Below, one piece after another: positions 29,483-41,570 of a stretch of 64,000 nucleotides of DNA (within the stretch, counting starts at the first letter, position 1; every line of letters begins with the position of its first letter). Made by a program: the position numbers and the translations under genes. The DNA is taken from contig JALWRX010000053.1 of NCBI GenBank assembly GCA_027080505.1, positions 3,303 through 67,302 of the forward strand, in the 5' to 3' direction. This DNA is from Ghiorsea sp. Lineage in GTDB: Bacteria > Pseudomonadota > Zetaproteobacteria > Mariprofundales > Mariprofundaceae. The notes under the pieces are model-generated. The model ran no database searches and was not told the origin of the DNA. It was given only the letters and a program-made list of their open reading frames with translations.

Positions 29483-30613
29483 ATGGCACAACAACATCAT
29501 TTTTTCGCAATCGTATTACCGGGTCTTGAACGTATCGCTGCCCGTGAACTGAAAGACCTCTCAGCACATGACATTCTCATTGAGTATGGTGGTATTAGTT
29601 TTACTGGAACCATGCAACTACTGCATCGTGTCAACATCAGAAGCCGTGTAATCACACGTGTCTTGATGAGGCTTCGTACCTTTCGTAGTATGACATTAGA
29701 AGGATTAAAGTATGACCTTGAAAAAGTAGCTTGGCATTTGTTTTTAAATGAATCCAGCCAACTTGAAGTCGAAGTGCATACCCATCGCTCACGTCTTAAT
29801 CATTCCGATGAAATTGCCGAGTTTGCCAAACAAACCATAGAGCGGCTACTGCCTAAAATAACAAAAAATAAAACTAAATCTGGCAAAAAACATATCCAAA
29901 CACTGCATATTCGACTTGATAACAACCGTGGCACATTAAGTTTAGATACATCAGGTGAACGTTTGGATCGCCGTGGTTACCGCTTGGAGTCGGGCAAAGC
30001 CCCTATTCGCGAAACACTTGCTGCAGCCATTTTACAGTGGGCACAATGGCAACCAGAACAAACCTTGCTTACTCCCATGTGTGGCTCAGGAACCTTTGCT
30101 ATTGAAGCTGCAATGATGGTCACACAACGCGCACCCAACCTTAACCACGACTTCGCATGCCTACACTGGCCATCATTGAAAGAAAAAGACTTTTCTAAAG
30201 TAGTAGAACGATGCCAACAGATGGTCAAAGATACAAAACCTCTCATTTTGGCTTCAGATATTAATGAAAGTGCCATCAATATTACACGGAATAATGCGAA
30301 ACGCGTGCAACTTGATGGTCTTATCACAACCAGCATCATGGATATACATCAACTGCAAAAACCAGAAACAAGCAATGGCGGTTTATTACTACTCAACCCT
30401 CCCTACGGCATGCGTATTGGCGAACAACAGAAAACCTTATCCCTTTGGCATGATATTGGTTTACGCATACGCGAGCAATTTGCAGAAGATGAAACATGGA
30501 AGACTGTAATTGTCTACCCTGACGGCGCACATGAAAAAGCCTTGAACCTTAAAATTAAACGACGCTTGCAGGTCATGCATGGCGGCAATAAAGTTACTAT
30601 ACTTCAAGCTTAA
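29483..30613 (+). CDS. THUMP-domain RNA methyltransferase (RlmL-like)
   Basis: SLDTSGERLDRRGYR, APIRETLAAAIL, PMCGSGTFAIEA, NPPYG.RIG. Confidence 0.88.
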   Translation: MAQQHHFFAIVLPGLERIAARELKDLSAHDILIEYGGISFTGTMQLLHRVNIRSRVITRVLMRLRTFRSMTLEGLKYDLEKVAWHLFLNESSQLEVEVHTHRSRLNHSDEIAEFAKQTIERLLPKITKNKTKSGKKHIQTLHIRLDNNRGTLSLDTSGERLDRRGYRLESGKAPIRETLAAAILQWAQWQPEQTLLTPMCGSGTFAIEAAMMVTQRAPNLNHDFACLHWPSLKEKDFSKVVERCQQMVKDTKPLILASDINESAINITRNNAKRVQLDGLITTSIMDIHQLQKPETSNGGLLLLNPPYGMRIGEQQKTLSLWHDIGLRIREQFAEDETWKTVIVYPDGAHEKALNLKIKRRLQVMHGGNKVTILQA

Positions 30614-30632
30614 TAGCTGTTCGAGAGGGTAT

Positions 30633-32474
30633 ATGAAACGTAAAACATCATTTTTCCATTCACCTTGGTTGGTACTTATTGTACCCCTACTCGCTTTTCC
30701 TTTGATGATAAACGTCAGAGTATTCCCTTTTGTTGCTCCCAATGAAGAGCCCAAATGGGCAATACTAACCCTTTGTTTCCTCTGGATGGGTTTAGCAACA
30801 GCTTGGTTGTGGCTCAAACGCTCTTCACCACTGCTTATTCCAAAACCTACGCTGACTAGCTTGGCATTGCTTTTATACATTCTGATTCTTGCTACTGGTA
30901 TTTTTATCGGCCCAAACATGACAGAAGGTATGATTCGTTTTGCCTTTTGGTTTTTTTGCATCAGTATCTTACTACTCAGCATATGGGCAACACGGCATGA
31001 ACCCCAGTGGATGAATAGGCTAGTTTGGAGCTTATCTATAGGCTCCTTCATTTTCTCAATTCGTTATTGGGAAAGTTACTTCTTAGACTATGGTAAACCC
31101 AATTATAATATTCATGTATTATTTTCACCCATTGGACATGTGAATTTCACTGGTGACGTGCTCATCATATTGCTGCCCATGCTAATTTGGATACTTGCAA
31201 CCCATAACAACACTATTTTACGTGTGCTTAACTGGTTTTCAGTAACAACGCTTGCGACTATTTTATTGGTGGCTAGTTCTAGGGGTGCGTTGGGAGGGCT
31301 ATTTATTGCCGCTATCATCGCCTTGCTTGTTTTTATCAAACATCACAAGCACCTGCTAAAACACAAAAAAGAATATACTACGCCAAGTTTGCTTATTGGC
31401 AGTACTTTTATCATATCACTACTGATTTACAATGCGCTACCTTATCATTACAGAGACCTAGCCCGTGTTTCGGCAAGCGCAGGGCAAGTGGCTAGCGAAA
31501 GTGGAAAAATCATTCTAACACCTAACGCATTACAACCACCTTTGGTTGATATGTGGGTAGAGTTGTCTCCTCTTTTGGGTGCGCGAACCCCTATTTTTGC
31601 GGCAACAACAGCCATGACCTTGGATAGCCCTATATTAGGACAAGGCACAGGTAATTTCGCATGGGTTTACCCCAATTATAGTAACCGTTACCCTGATTTC
31701 AGAGACCCATTAAGCAGTGCGCGCACTTTTACAACCAATCCACATAATGTTGTTCTACAAATTGCTTCACAAAATGGCATTCCTGCCATGCTTCTCTTTA
31801 TGGGCTTATTATTCTATTTTTGGTTTCGTTTATTTAAAGCATCTTGGCAGCAATGGAACGCACAATATATCACAGGGTTAGCCGCAGTCTCAGCCGCACT
31901 TTTTGATGCCATGTTTAACCATGTCTTTTTTAACCCTGCAAGTATGTTTGTTTTTGCTCTGCTTGCTGGCACTTGGTGGGGCTTATTACCTGCGCAAAAC
32001 CAAAAAACAGTCCAAGTTCAACCTAAAGTATTAAGTATTCTTAGTGTTGCCACTGTTATTTTGCTCTGCATATGGCCAACACGTTGGCTTATTTCAGAAT
32101 GGTATGTTGGTCAAGCGATGGCATATATGCGACAACCTGCACAAGAAGCACAATTCTATCAAAAAGCGTACGCTTGGGACGATAAAAATTTCCGTGCTGT
32201 ATTTGGCATGGGGCAAGTTGCATACAAACAAAAGAATTATATGCTCAGTGCCAAGTATTTTGAGGAATTCCAAACATTTTACCCCTACAACCCGCCTGCA
32301 CTTAACATGCTTGGTGCAGCATACATGAGCATGGGGCAATTTAAAAAAGCAGGGGCAGTGTTTGAAGAAGCCTTAAAAATCTACCCTGGATTTACTATGG
32401 TTGAACAAAATCTACAGCGTGTACGAATGATTTTACAGCAACGCAAACGTCAAAACAGCACAGTTCAACCATAG
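30633..32474 (+). CDS. O-antigen ligase/Wzy_C family membrane protein with C-terminal TPRs
   Basis: About 12 TM segments, SSRGALGG, PILGQGTGNF, PHNVVLQIASQNG; TPR-like helices at the C-terminus; ATG 30633 after GAGGG. Confidence 0.8.
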   Translation: MKRKTSFFHSPWLVLIVPLLAFPLMINVRVFPFVAPNEEPKWAILTLCFLWMGLATAWLWLKRSSPLLIPKPTLTSLALLLYILILATGIFIGPNMTEGMIRFAFWFFCISILLLSIWATRHEPQWMNRLVWSLSIGSFIFSIRYWESYFLDYGKPNYNIHVLFSPIGHVNFTGDVLIILLPMLIWILATHNNTILRVLNWFSVTTLATILLVASSRGALGGLFIAAIIALLVFIKHHKHLLKHKKEYTTPSLLIGSTFIISLLIYNALPYHYRDLARVSASAGQVASESGKIILTPNALQPPLVDMWVELSPLLGARTPIFAATTAMTLDSPILGQGTGNFAWVYPNYSNRYPDFRDPLSSARTFTTNPHNVVLQIASQNGIPAMLLFMGLLFYFWFRLFKASWQQWNAQYITGLAAVSAALFDAMFNHVFFNPASMFVFALLAGTWWGLLPAQNQKTVQVQPKVLSILSVATVILLCIWPTRWLISEWYVGQAMAYMRQPAQEAQFYQKAYAWDDKNFRAVFGMGQVAYKQKNYMLSAKYFEEFQTFYPYNPPALNMLGAAYMSMGQFKKAGAVFEEALKIYPGFTMVEQNLQRVRMILQQRKRQNSTVQP

Positions 32475-32560
32475 AAACTAGACAAACCTATAAAGCTGTG
32501 TAATTTGCTCAAATATAACTGTATTATTATTTACTTAGCAAGACCAACAAGGGGAGAACT

Positions 32561-33181
32561 ATGAAGCAATATATTGGTATCACTATACTCGCAATGTTTA
32601 TTTTATCTGGTTGCCAAAGCATCAGCGATAAAGAACTTGAAGTACTGCAAGCGCGTGCTGCAAAAGCAGAGCAACTACAAGTTGAAAATGAAAAACTCAA
32701 GCAATCTAAAGCATCTTTACAGCAATCTGTTGCTGAGTTAAACAAACAACTTGAACAAGAAATAACTGCCAAGCAAGTACTGATTGAGCAAAATGAACAA
32801 ACAGGTGCTATCAAGGTCACCATGCAACAAGACATACTATTTTCAAGTGGCTCATATAAAATTGACCAAGAAGGTGCCGCTGATATTTTGAAAAAAGTTG
32901 TTGAAAGCATTGATAACAATGATGGACAAGTCATGTTACGCATTGTTGGACATACAGATAACCTTCCTGTAGCAAAAAAATGGCGCAAACAATTTTCAGA
33001 CAACTGGGATTTATCAGCTAGACGAGCTGGTGAAGTAGCTCGCTACCTTACTTGGGGCTTAGGTTTTCCTAGGGAGAACATTACTGTAGCAGGTAGAGCA
33101 GATGTTGAACCTGTTGCCAGCAATGATACACCTGAAGGCAGGGCTAAAAACCGAAGAATTGAACTATTTATTGAAAAATAA
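32561..33181 (+). CDS. OmpA/MotB-like peptidoglycan-binding lipoprotein
   Basis: Lipobox LSGC, coiled coil, ILFSSG, GHTDN, NWDLSARRA, GRAKNRRIE. Confidence 0.88.
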   Translation: MKQYIGITILAMFILSGCQSISDKELEVLQARAAKAEQLQVENEKLKQSKASLQQSVAELNKQLEQEITAKQVLIEQNEQTGAIKVTMQQDILFSSGSYKIDQEGAADILKKVVESIDNNDGQVMLRIVGHTDNLPVAKKWRKQFSDNWDLSARRAGEVARYLTWGLGFPRENITVAGRADVEPVASNDTPEGRAKNRRIELFIEK

Positions 33182-33183
33182 TA

Positions 33184-34464
33184 TTGATGGCTAAAGTTGC
33201 TCCAACTTCCAATGGGGTGTCGCCTTTTGCCTTGAAGGCGGCATCCTTTTTTTTATTTTCAGGCTTATTATTTTTTCCCTTTGCCATTGCAGTTAGCAAC
33301 TTCTTCTTTGCTTTATTAATGATTGTAGCATTTATACAGCCAAATATATTCCAAAAAGGTTGGCATTTGTGTTGGCATAAGTACCGAAACATTACCTTAG
33401 CTGTTTTAATCTATTTTTTACTAACCATCATAGGAACTTTATGGAGCACTGACCATACCGAAGCTTTTAGGTTAATTACAAAAGGTATTTATTGGCTCTT
33501 AGTTCCAATCATTATTGGTATTACCGCATATCTTGGTCATCAAACTTTGACTAAGGCATATATTGCCGTATCTATTGGCTTATTTTTACACCTCATTGTT
33601 TGTACATTACAGTATTTTTCTCTATTTACACTGCAACAGAATACTATTGGAGGCACATCTGCATTAGACCCTACAGGTTTTCTCGGTCACCTTAGTTTTG
33701 GTTTTATCTATGGTATTTGGATAGGTGCATTGCTTATTCAAGCATCCATCACCACAAATAAATGGAAATACTTATTTTATGCTCTTAGTGGCTATGCCTT
33801 TATTTCAACCTTTCTTACCCAGGGGCGCAGTGGCTACCTTATTACGCTAGCAATAGTTGCTCTTGTATTTTGGAAGAAGTATTTAGAAAAAATATCCTTT
33901 AAGCATATGATGGTTCTCCTATCTATAGTCACAACTACCTTCACACTCTTTCTAACGCTTAATCAAGCAGGTAAAAACAAACTCCATAAAACGGTTAACG
34001 AAATACAGTCTTTTTACCATGGAGATTTTAAAGAAGCTAACATTCGATTAAAAATATGGCGTGTAACATTAGATATTTGGCAGGGTTCACCATGGCTGGG
34101 GATTGGAACTGGAAGTTTTCGCCAAGCATTTGAGAACAAGGTAAAGTCTCCACAGTATGCAAAATACCATATGCAATCACAAACTTATGACCATGCTCAT
34201 AATGAATTCTTGTTTGACTTGGTTCGCTGGGGACCGATGGGACTACTCATATACTTTTATTTGATATTCTCTTGGATAAAAACAGGGATTCAAGGCCAAT
34301 GGAAAGAGCGACCTATGTCAGCATACTTGATTACAGGGTCTGGCTTAGCGGTTCTCATCAACAGCTTCTCTGACAGTACAATGACGGCATTAACCACTAT
34401 TATATTTGCAATCATTGCGCTCGCCTTTGGTATGAGCCAAGCAGATCATAAACAATCTACATGA
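33184..34464 (+). CDS. O-antigen ligase (WaaL-like)
   Basis: Multi-TM; QGRSGY, R.KIW, PWLGIGTG, HAHNEF; adjacent to a GT9 gene. Confidence 0.82.
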   Translation: MMAKVAPTSNGVSPFALKAASFFLFSGLLFFPFAIAVSNFFFALLMIVAFIQPNIFQKGWHLCWHKYRNITLAVLIYFLLTIIGTLWSTDHTEAFRLITKGIYWLLVPIIIGITAYLGHQTLTKAYIAVSIGLFLHLIVCTLQYFSLFTLQQNTIGGTSALDPTGFLGHLSFGFIYGIWIGALLIQASITTNKWKYLFYALSGYAFISTFLTQGRSGYLITLAIVALVFWKKYLEKISFKHMMVLLSIVTTTFTLFLTLNQAGKNKLHKTVNEIQSFYHGDFKEANIRLKIWRVTLDIWQGSPWLGIGTGSFRQAFENKVKSPQYAKYHMQSQTYDHAHNEFLFDLVRWGPMGLLIYFYLIFSWIKTGIQGQWKERPMSAYLITGSGLAVLINSFSDSTMTALTTIIFAIIALAFGMSQADHKQST

Positions 34465-35447
34465 ACATCCTTATTGTTCGCAATGATAAACTAGGTGATT
34501 TTATCACTGCCCTGCCCGCTTGTTATATCCTTAAACAACATATGCCTGACTGCCATATCACGGTGTTGATTTCTCCAATCAACCAAAGCATTGCCCAAGC
34601 TTGTAGCTTTATTGATGATATATTGCTTGATACAGGTCAAAGCACCACAGTGCTTGCCAAAGAACTGCGGCAAGGTGGTTTTGACATATCATTTACCTTG
34701 TTTTCCAACACTCGTGTTGCCATAGCCCAATGGCTTGCTCGTATTCCCAAGCGCGTTGCGCCTGCTACCAAAATCGCCCAAATCTTTTACAACCAACGTA
34801 TTGTGCAACGCCGCTCTCAAGTGAAAATGCCTGAGTTTGCTTATAATATTCAGCTTATTCAGACGGTATTTCCTGACATCAACACCCAATACCCACAACC
34901 TTTACTACAATTCCCTAAACAAGACATTGAAGAAACCTACCAGAAGTTTTGTGAAAGTTTAGACATACAACATCCCGTGGTTGCTTTTCACCCAGGTTTT
35001 GGTGGTTCATCCGATGCCAACTGGAATATTGACGAATATATTACCTTGGCCGCATCCATCCAACACTTACCCCATATTGATATTGTGTTTACTTTTGGAC
35101 CTGGTGATGAGGCGTTTCATCAAGCATTTGTAGAAAAAAAAGGTGATTTACAAGCCAAAACCTATACTTCGCAAGGCAGTGTTGCTGATTTTGCCAAGCT
35201 GATTGCGTCTTTTAAGCTTTTTATCAGTACTTCCACGGGTACATTCCATTTGGCATCAGCCGTGGGTACTCCCACCATGACTTTCTTTGCAGATACACTG
35301 TTTGCCTCAGACAAACGCTGGCAAGGCATTGGTGACAAAACTTTGCAGCACAACTATATGATTCCGCAAGACCCACAAGCACGCCAAGCTCTCTTTGAGA
35401 CTGTGCAACAAGACTTAGCCACTACAATGAAATGCCTTAAACTTTAA
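34461..35447 (+). CDS. Glycosyltransferase family 9 (LPS heptosyltransferase-like)
   Basis: ILIVRNDKLGD, FHPG.GGS, STGTFHLASAVGTPT. Confidence 0.88.
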   Translation: MNILIVRNDKLGDFITALPACYILKQHMPDCHITVLISPINQSIAQACSFIDDILLDTGQSTTVLAKELRQGGFDISFTLFSNTRVAIAQWLARIPKRVAPATKIAQIFYNQRIVQRRSQVKMPEFAYNIQLIQTVFPDINTQYPQPLLQFPKQDIEETYQKFCESLDIQHPVVAFHPGFGGSSDANWNIDEYITLAASIQHLPHIDIVFTFGPGDEAFHQAFVEKKGDLQAKTYTSQGSVADFAKLIASFKLFISTSTGTFHLASAVGTPTMTFFADTLFASDKRWQGIGDKTLQHNYMIPQDPQARQALFETVQQDLATTMKCLKL

Positions 35448-35472
35448 ATATGCCTCTTCAACAGATATCGTC

Positions 35473-36657
35473 TCAAACGCTATTCCCCGCAGCAAACCCA
35501 CTCGACCAAGCCCATTGAAAGTTAAAACCACCCAAATGCCCTGTCACATCCACGACTTCGCCAATAAAGTATAAACCTTGCACATTTCTCGCTTGCATGG
35601 TTTTAGAATCCAAATCAGCAGTATCCACACCACCCACAGTCACTTCCGCAGTTCTGTAACCTTCCGTACTACTGGGTTTGATTATCCAGTCCTGCAAAAA
35701 TGTTTCTAATTGCTCAACGTCTTTATCAGACAGGGATTGAACTTTCCTATGCATATCAAAGTCTTTAGCCAACAGCCCAACCAAACGCTTGGGGAACATA
35801 TGAGATAATGCCGTTGCCAACAAGGCTTGTGGACGTGTTTGTTTTTGCTCATCCATAAAGCCTTTTAAATCAACGTTTGGAACCAAATTGACTTGAATAC
35901 TATCCCCTGGAAGCCAATAAGATGATATTTGCAGAATTGCTGGCCCTGAAAGCCCACGATGTGTGAAAAGCATCGCCTCTTTAAAGCTTGGAGCTTTGCG
36001 CTCAACCAGAGACACAACAACAGGCAACGAAATCCCTGCCAAGGCTTTAAAATCATCTTTATCTTTGCCTGTGAATGTAAAGGGAACCAAACCGGGGCGC
36101 GTTTCAATCACATTTAAGCCAAACTGCTTGGCCACCTTAAAACCAAATCCTGTTGCCCCCATTTTAGGAATAGACAATGCACCTGTGGCAATCACCAACG
36201 ATTGGCATGTCCAACCACCAATATTGGTTTCCAGTGTAAAGTTTTCTTGTTTTTTGATTGATTGCACTTCAACGCCCAATTCAATCTGTACACCATAACC
36301 ATGACACTTATCCAGCAGCATATTGATAATATCTTGCGCCGATTTATCACAAAAAAGCTGCCCATGTTCACGCTCGTGATAGTCAATGCCCGCTTGTACC
36401 ACCCAATCAATAAAGTCCCACTGATTAAAACCTGCCAATACTGATTTACAAAAATGTTTATTTTGCGATAGGTAATTTTCTGCACTCACATCCAAATTGG
36501 TAAAATTACACTTACCACCACCTGATATGCGAATCTTCTCCGCAGCCTTTGCTGATTTATCCAATACCAATACTGATTTACCACGTGATGCCGCTGTAAT
36601 TGCACACATCAACCCCGCAGCACCTGCACCTATCACCACTACATTCGCTTCTTTCAT
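35473..36657 (-). CDS. HI0933/YhiN family flavoprotein
   Basis: IGAGAAG, KIRISGGGKCNFTN, FTHRGLSGPAIL, AEVTVGGV, GGFNFQWAWSSG; ATG 36657. Confidence 0.92.
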   Translation of the reverse strand: MKEANVVVIGAGAAGLMCAITAASRGKSVLVLDKSAKAAEKIRISGGGKCNFTNLDVSAENYLSQNKHFCKSVLAGFNQWDFIDWVVQAGIDYHEREHGQLFCDKSAQDIINMLLDKCHGYGVQIELGVEVQSIKKQENFTLETNIGGWTCQSLVIATGALSIPKMGATGFGFKVAKQFGLNVIETRPGLVPFTFTGKDKDDFKALAGISLPVVVSLVERKAPSFKEAMLFTHRGLSGPAILQISSYWLPGDSIQVNLVPNVDLKGFMDEQKQTRPQALLATALSHMFPKRLVGLLAKDFDMHRKVQSLSDKDVEQLETFLQDWIIKPSSTEGYRTAEVTVGGVDTADLDSKTMQARNVQGLYFIGEVVDVTGHLGGFNFQWAWSSGFAAGNSV

Positions 36658-36793
36658 GCCCCCATAGTGAAAATTTTCGCTTATATTGCAAAGGCTTATT
36701 TCATACACTAAAACACTTACCATGTTTAACTATATCTTACCTCGTAAGATGGTTATCATTGCGCTTCTTTTTTGATACACAAAGGATGTTTAG

Positions 36794-38683
<1,890 letters not shown>

Positions 38684-38704
38684 TACCCATCTATACGGAA
38701 ACAT

Positions 38705-38739
38705 AAAAAAGGCTTGCGTGTTTTCCCACGCAAGCCTTT
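38705..38739. terminator. Bidirectional intrinsic terminator between thiC and the convergent OmpA gene
   Basis: AAAGGCTTGCGTG-N6-CACGCAAGCCTTT hairpin with A/T tails. Confidence 0.8.
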
Positions 38740-38761
38740 ACATTATTATACAGTAAAAAGA

Positions 38762-39466
38762 TTACTGTACGTGCAATTCAACCCTACGGTTTTTTGCTCT
38801 CCCCTCTTTAGTATTATTATCAGCAATCGGATTGGCTTCACCATAACCATGTGATGAAATTCTATTTCCCGCAATGCCGTGGGAAATCAGATATGCTTTT
38901 ACACTATTAGCTCGTAATTCAGATAGATGTTGATTATACGATTCCTTACCATGGCTATCTGTGTACGCAGCAACTTCTACCCGAATGTCTTTACGCTTTT
39001 TCAACACTTCTACAGCATGATTCAATGATGCTTCTGATGATGGCTTTAGTGCTGCACTATTGTTTTCAAAGTAAACACCTTCAAGCTTAATGACTTCAAT
39101 AGGCTTAACTTTTTTAACCACAGGTTTAGGCATAGGCTTGGCCATTGGTTTAGGTTTCGGCTTAGCTACAGGTTTAGGCTTGCTGCATTTTTTCTCAGCC
39201 GCCTTAGCCGATGCTATACCCGAAGCAATCAAGTCATCTGCTTCACTTACATTGTAGCCGCCATGCTCTTCAATCTCATGCGCTGCGTACAACTGCTTAG
39301 CCTCTGCTTTAGCCAATTCTGCTGGCGCACATTTCTCCGCACCTGCATTTCTTGCGTTTTGAATTGCCGTGTGTAGTGATGCAAGTTCATCTTTATCCGT
39401 TGAAGGTAAATGTCCCGCACATGCAGAAATAGATAAACATGTTATTGCTGTGATGATTTTTTTCAT
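38762..39466 (-). CDS. OmpA-family lipoprotein with N-terminal helical (DUF4398-like) domain and Pro/Lys linker
   Basis: Lipobox ISAC; GAEKCAP.EL..A; KPKP linker; YTDS.G...YN..LS..RA, GRAKNRRVE. Confidence 0.85.
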   Translation of the reverse strand: MKKIITAITCLSISACAGHLPSTDKDELASLHTAIQNARNAGAEKCAPAELAKAEAKQLYAAHEIEEHGGYNVSEADDLIASGIASAKAAEKKCSKPKPVAKPKPKPMAKPMPKPVVKKVKPIEVIKLEGVYFENNSAALKPSSEASLNHAVEVLKKRKDIRVEVAAYTDSHGKESYNQHLSELRANSVKAYLISHGIAGNRISSHGYGEANPIADNNTKEGRAKNRRVELHVQ

Positions 39467-39708
39467 TATTTACTCCCTGCCATTTGTGCATGCTTCTCAG
39501 CTTCTTCCATAAATGCCCCAGCAGTAGATACTTCATGCTGACCTTTTTCTTCTTCTGCAATAGCTGAAAGCTCTTTCGCCATTTGTGCATGATAATCATG
39601 CTTACCTTGCACTTGCTTGCTCACATCTTCGGCTCTGCTTTCAATACTTGCATTGGCAGCACTGGAAAATGCCGCAATACAAACACAAATTATCCATATT
39701 TTTTTCAT
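39466..39708 (-). CDS. Small secreted helical protein
   Basis: Signal peptide ending ANA; RBS GGAGGG; stop overlaps the next start. Confidence 0.7.
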   Translation of the reverse strand: MKKIWIICVCIAAFSSAANASIESRAEDVSKQVQGKHDYHAQMAKELSAIAEEEKGQHEVSTAGAFMEEAEKHAQMAGSK

Positions 39709-39798
39709 AACCCCTCCGAGTATTTCATATCGTTCACGAATTTTTTCGTGCTCGAAATCTTAAGAGCTAAACTCAAAAGTACAGGTGTGAAAAATCAC

Positions 39799-39828
39799 AA
39801 AAAAGACCTGCAATAGTAGCAGGCCTTT
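39799..39828 (-). terminator. Intrinsic terminator downstream of ssb
   Basis: Minus strand GGCCTGC-loop-GCAGGTC followed by TTTTTT. Confidence 0.65.
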
Positions 39829-39873
39829 ATATAACTTTGAAATAGAGCTATTTCCTATGCTCTAAGGTAGTCA

Positions 39874-40317
39874 CTAGAACGGAATATCATCATCCACGGG
39901 GGCTGAGTTAAAATCAGGTTGATCTGCAAATGGATCATTTTGTTTTGCGGGTTGAGCTTGTTGTTGCCCACCACCTTGATAGCCACCACCCGATTGTCCA
40001 CCACCATCGCGACCACCAATCAAATCAAGTTTATCAACAGATACTTCAACTGAAGTACGTTTTATACCTTCTTTATCATCATATTCACGAACCCTAAGCT
40101 CGCCCGAAATAGCAACCTGTGTACCTTTCTTTAAATATTGCGGCAAGCCACCTTCAGCGCGTTTACCAAATAAAGAAGCACGAATCCAGTTCGTCCCTTT
40201 ATTATCACCAAAACCATAATCCACGGCTACAGTAAACGAACAAATTGCCATGCCACCTTGTGTAAAACGTTGCTCACAATCTCGCGCTAAACGCCCTGTA
40301 AAACTATATACATTCAT
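39874..40317 (-). CDS. ssb: Single-stranded DNA-binding protein
   Basis: OB fold, YLKKG, Gly/Gln linker, C-terminal DDDIPF. Confidence 0.96.
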   Translation of the reverse strand: MNVYSFTGRLARDCEQRFTQGGMAICSFTVAVDYGFGDNKGTNWIRASLFGKRAEGGLPQYLKKGTQVAISGELRVREYDDKEGIKRTSVEVSVDKLDLIGGRDGGGQSGGGYQGGGQQQAQPAKQNDPFADQPDFNSAPVDDDIPF

Positions 40318-40344
40318 ACCCTACTCCTTCCTTCTTCTAAACTT

Positions 40345-41568
40345 TTAAGACCTATACTCAGCATTAATGGTGATATATTCATGAGTCAAATCACCTGTCC
40401 ATACCATAGCTGATGCATCACCCAACCCAATATCCACAGTAAGTGTAAATTCTTGTTTAGCAAATACTCTCATACCCATTTCATCAGTATAATCAGGGTG
40501 CAAGTTACCATCTTTTAAAATCAAAACATCATCAGCCTTCATGCTTACCTTATCTGGTTGGATAAAAGAGCCACTATTACCAATCGCCATAATGATTCTA
40601 CCCCAGTTGGCATCAGAGCCTGCAAATGCAGTTTTCACCAAGGGAGACACAGCAATGGTTCGCCCCAATTCACGGGCTTGTGTCTCATTTTCTGCACCTG
40701 AAACGTTAATAGTCACAAACTTGGTTACACCTTCGCCATCGCGTACAATCAATTGTGCTAATTCAATGGCAACTTCGCTTAAAGCTTGCTCAAAAGCCGA
40801 AACATCTTGAAGCTCTGCATCACCTAACCCTAAACCTGATGATAATAAATATACCGTATCATTGGTTGATGTGTCACCATCCACGCTAATGCTATTAAAG
40901 GATACATCAGCAACCCTTGATAATATAGCTTGCAACACTTCGGCACGAATGGGGGCATCGGTCGCCATAAAACTCAACATCGTCGCCATATTCGGGTGAA
41001 TCATACCACTGCCCTTAGATACACCTGTTATCGTATATGTTTTACCATTAGCTTCAAACTGGCGTGAGGTATATTTAGCAAAAGTGTCCGTTGTGCGAAT
41101 GGCTTCAGCAGCTTGTATCCAGTTATCTTCACGCAGCGATGTGGATGCTTCACCAATAGTCTCTCGTATACGTTCAATCGGGAAAGGCTCACCAATCACA
41201 CCCGTGGATGCTGATAACACTTGATTGGGTTCAACACCTGCAACTTCTGCGCCTAGCTCAATTAACTGTTGTGACCACACCCGCTCCATTTCACCCACAC
41301 CTGCATTGGCATTGCCCGCATTGGCAACAATAGCACGGATATTGGTGGCATGTTCACGCACTGTTTGCTCACCTAAATCCACACATGCTGCACGAAATGC
41401 ATTCTGCGTAAACACAGCAGCAGCTTGCGCAGGAACACCGGCTACAATCAAGGTAACATCTTGGCGTTTACCTTTTAAGTCAGGAGATTTCACACCACAA
41501 GAAGCCGAACCAACCTTAAATCCAGGGACAGGTAGCGGCTTTTGCAAAGTATAAGGCAATACAGGCAT
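40345..41568 (-). CDS. argJ: Ornithine acetyltransferase/N-acetylglutamate synthase
   Basis: NAGNANA, STGVIG, KGSGMIHPNMATML, DGDTSTND, RDGEG, DANWGR, INAEYRS. Confidence 0.96.
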   Translation of the reverse strand: MPVLPYTLQKPLPVPGFKVGSASCGVKSPDLKGKRQDVTLIVAGVPAQAAAVFTQNAFRAACVDLGEQTVREHATNIRAIVANAGNANAGVGEMERVWSQQLIELGAEVAGVEPNQVLSASTGVIGEPFPIERIRETIGEASTSLREDNWIQAAEAIRTTDTFAKYTSRQFEANGKTYTITGVSKGSGMIHPNMATMLSFMATDAPIRAEVLQAILSRVADVSFNSISVDGDTSTNDTVYLLSSGLGLGDAELQDVSAFEQALSEVAIELAQLIVRDGEGVTKFVTINVSGAENETQARELGRTIAVSPLVKTAFAGSDANWGRIIMAIGNSGSFIQPDKVSMKADDVLILKDGNLHPDYTDEMGMRVFAKQEFTLTVDIGLGDASAMVWTGDLTHEYITINAEYRS

Positions 41569-41570
41569 AA

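Noticed and set aside
39120-39185. Repetitive DNA in the OmpA gene
   Set aside because: It encodes an ordinary Pro/Lys periplasmic linker (KPKP).
39786-39799. TGTGA-N4-TCACA palindrome as a CRP site
   Set aside because: CRP needs a 6-bp spacer; a single short palindrome abutting a terminator is too weak to call.
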